A stretch of DNA of 24,992 nt from positions 1 to 24,992 of the IMG/VR virus record IMGVR_UViG_3300027749_000459; one strand, 5' to 3'. Each line of letters opens with the position of its first letter. Position 1 is the first letter of the stretch. Under the pieces are notes generated by a model. The model was not told the origin of the DNA, did no database searches, and worked only from the letters and a program-made list of their open reading frames with translations. The DNA is from a virus (Duplodnaviria > Caudoviricetes). This document shows positions 24,501 through 24,992 of this stretch, piece after piece. Position numbers and translations under genes: made by a program.

Positions 24501-24992
24501 ACCAACTGCTCAAAACAACATTGAAGGAAGCAGTGCAACGGCAAGTGCAACCCCTAGTTCAAGCGAAACTGATGTCAAAGTAGAAAAGCGTCAAGGTAAC
24601 TTGGGTGAGATATTCTACGTAGCAGAAAACAATGGCGCGATCGACGGCCGGGTATCATACAGATACAATGCTGAAACAGGAGCACTCGAAGCCAAGGGAT
24701 TGACTTCTACTTCAGATGGCTTTGTTTCATTAAATGAAGCAACTCAAAAGCATATCGAAAACAAATCGATTACCAATGGTATTGCCCCTGCTGCCAAAGT
24801 AGAATCATTGGCAAAGCAAAACTTAGGAATCACCGAAGAGCAGACAGAAAATCTGCCCGAGGATAACAATGTCTTGTATCAGACACCCCAAAACGAAACC
24901 GGGCGTAGGAAACAAGAGCGGGTTGATAAAACCGTACAAAGCGCAGAGAAGCGATTCAATGCATCTTTGGCACAAAAAGCCCAACGTGTGTT
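21544..24992 (+). CDS. Giant internal virion/ejection protein, partial (>1149 aa; possibly the N-terminus of a virion RNA polymerase or polyvalent protein)
   Basis: Not in the ORF track because there is no stop before the window end. Starts MPEDKKPTPAAATPTPKIGPLGKAPEDP and ends ...KRFNASLAQKAQRV; frame spot-checked. A Gly/Ala-rich hydrophobic stretch lies at ~23750-24300 (LFGTGGQMTEETFS). No DFDID/DxDxD motif noticed within the window. Confidence 0.75.
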   Translation, partial: MPEDKKPTPAAATPTPKIGPLGKAPEDPNMVKPANLGSIGFDSVPTTVKKPLSKEGVKVINKAVNQVRQAEQPMSTAAELEQLQATREKELQIAKEQGYNIQNLFNSAKNNFGKVRIGNEDITSPAELLDALQDRNKKELFYFDNRHALVNNFDIYTLNDLDAKVSGGLTTIEKSNLKALPEKTIFDYTEVKAPTFGQPGYRPQTDPMGGSQLDPQNKFELGQKNYSAIQTFKKVVANGLNVTADGTKLNSYQDYFTYLADPQQRDAYGRKYNKQLSNSELVSASNILKASQILLDGASTVALDYMKRRVMDDVRVNTADDHISTTLLGKTATVYDEDIENPKSLPALTEDDLGRVVYEYENGNEITLSVGNNDKNLQDKTDYTYKDLVNYYSKLGLTGDEIDAKFAKYKQNYIYNQANGNLQIKRNAEGFFENEKGQLISKYDQSKEQRARTEMSDVDNQIADLYDELRGIYESRRAGASEIDKKAYGPTVSKSVFASSPTLGLDGQQIKRISAINTSIAKLKQQAGYNAPEFFDPSGKRIDQPEQLQQIKKIYDQTLEEEKKSDIVYLKQTRNALYEQLDILKEKIDKIKSVTSKIEVTAPEGFEYDNTPYFIKLTRAFTGILGQIDVQQSDTQKSNDAYLGKLLDQYGDLSARVKATNKLIYTNTDLTKQSEDGWIKTFGKSTAKQVAETFTGDVYNTTNDEIEQTANFLTENGYYVSPEIKEKLNTIYENKTIGEGFLESLKIGIEMSGYSRGGAAELKNIFTGQKALLLRSYMMSRYGQTGSAAFNLMESAVVKYGVPIFSWEASGQSGSGAVAEQVGTQMYDKLTGVMKFGNLIPSNIFGRLMYTAGRTLFGTGGQMTEETFSNTWSVMQQNGFDIIDAVKRAYGDTEDERLLNLRATATLCFTMSALNLENVDLVLKTDQQFRAHLDALGTPPSAVDTEILRMLNETIKHSEWDETKTPQVVQAAGTTMSGDVPVTAPSPTAQNNIEGSSATASATPSSSETDVKVEKRQGNLGEIFYVAENNGAIDGRVSYRYNAETGALEAKGLTSTSDGFVSLNEATQKHIENKSITNGIAPAAKVESLAKQNLGITEEQTENLPEDNNVLYQTPQNETGRRKQERVDKTVQSAEKRFNASLAQKAQRV

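Noticed and set aside
1-24992. Stop-codon reassignment (TAG/TGA) as in some crAss-like phages
   Set aside because: All genes are full-length in code 11; TAG (1664) and TGA (5348, 13734, 14381) act as plausible stops; no suppressor tRNA was seen.

Overview
This window is a segment of a tailed dsDNA phage genome with Crassvirales-like (crAss-like) virion gene order. The host is probably in the Bacteroidota: TAnnTTTG '-7' promoter boxes recur and gene starts are A-rich with no Shine-Dalgarno. The standard genetic code reads all genes. The left part has a partial minus-strand gene, a ~650-bp hairpin-rich non-coding region ending in G-tracts where strand G/C skew flips, and a signal-peptide-bearing non-specific nuclease. 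Next come a minus-strand operon (SSB-like protein, small protein, YqaJ exonuclease, stand-alone sigma-70 region-4 HTH, a degenerate L,D-transpeptidase-like protein, a conserved hypothetical) and a divergent XRE-like regulator. From 5765 a plus-strand virion module runs portal, scaffold-like gene (broken by a 61-bp tandem duplication), major capsid, auxiliary capsid, a 287-aa protein, an inserted NinG, three ring proteins, a 1477-aa tail stabilisation/muzzle protein, two cargo proteins and a >1149-aa ejection protein open at the window end. The most notable unexplained features are a ~260-nt promoter-driven, highly structured candidate ncRNA directly upstream of the portal gene, a ~65-nt promoter-to-terminator sRNA, and six promoter boxes positioned to make leaderless mRNAs. 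All protein calls come from motif recall and synteny, not database searches.
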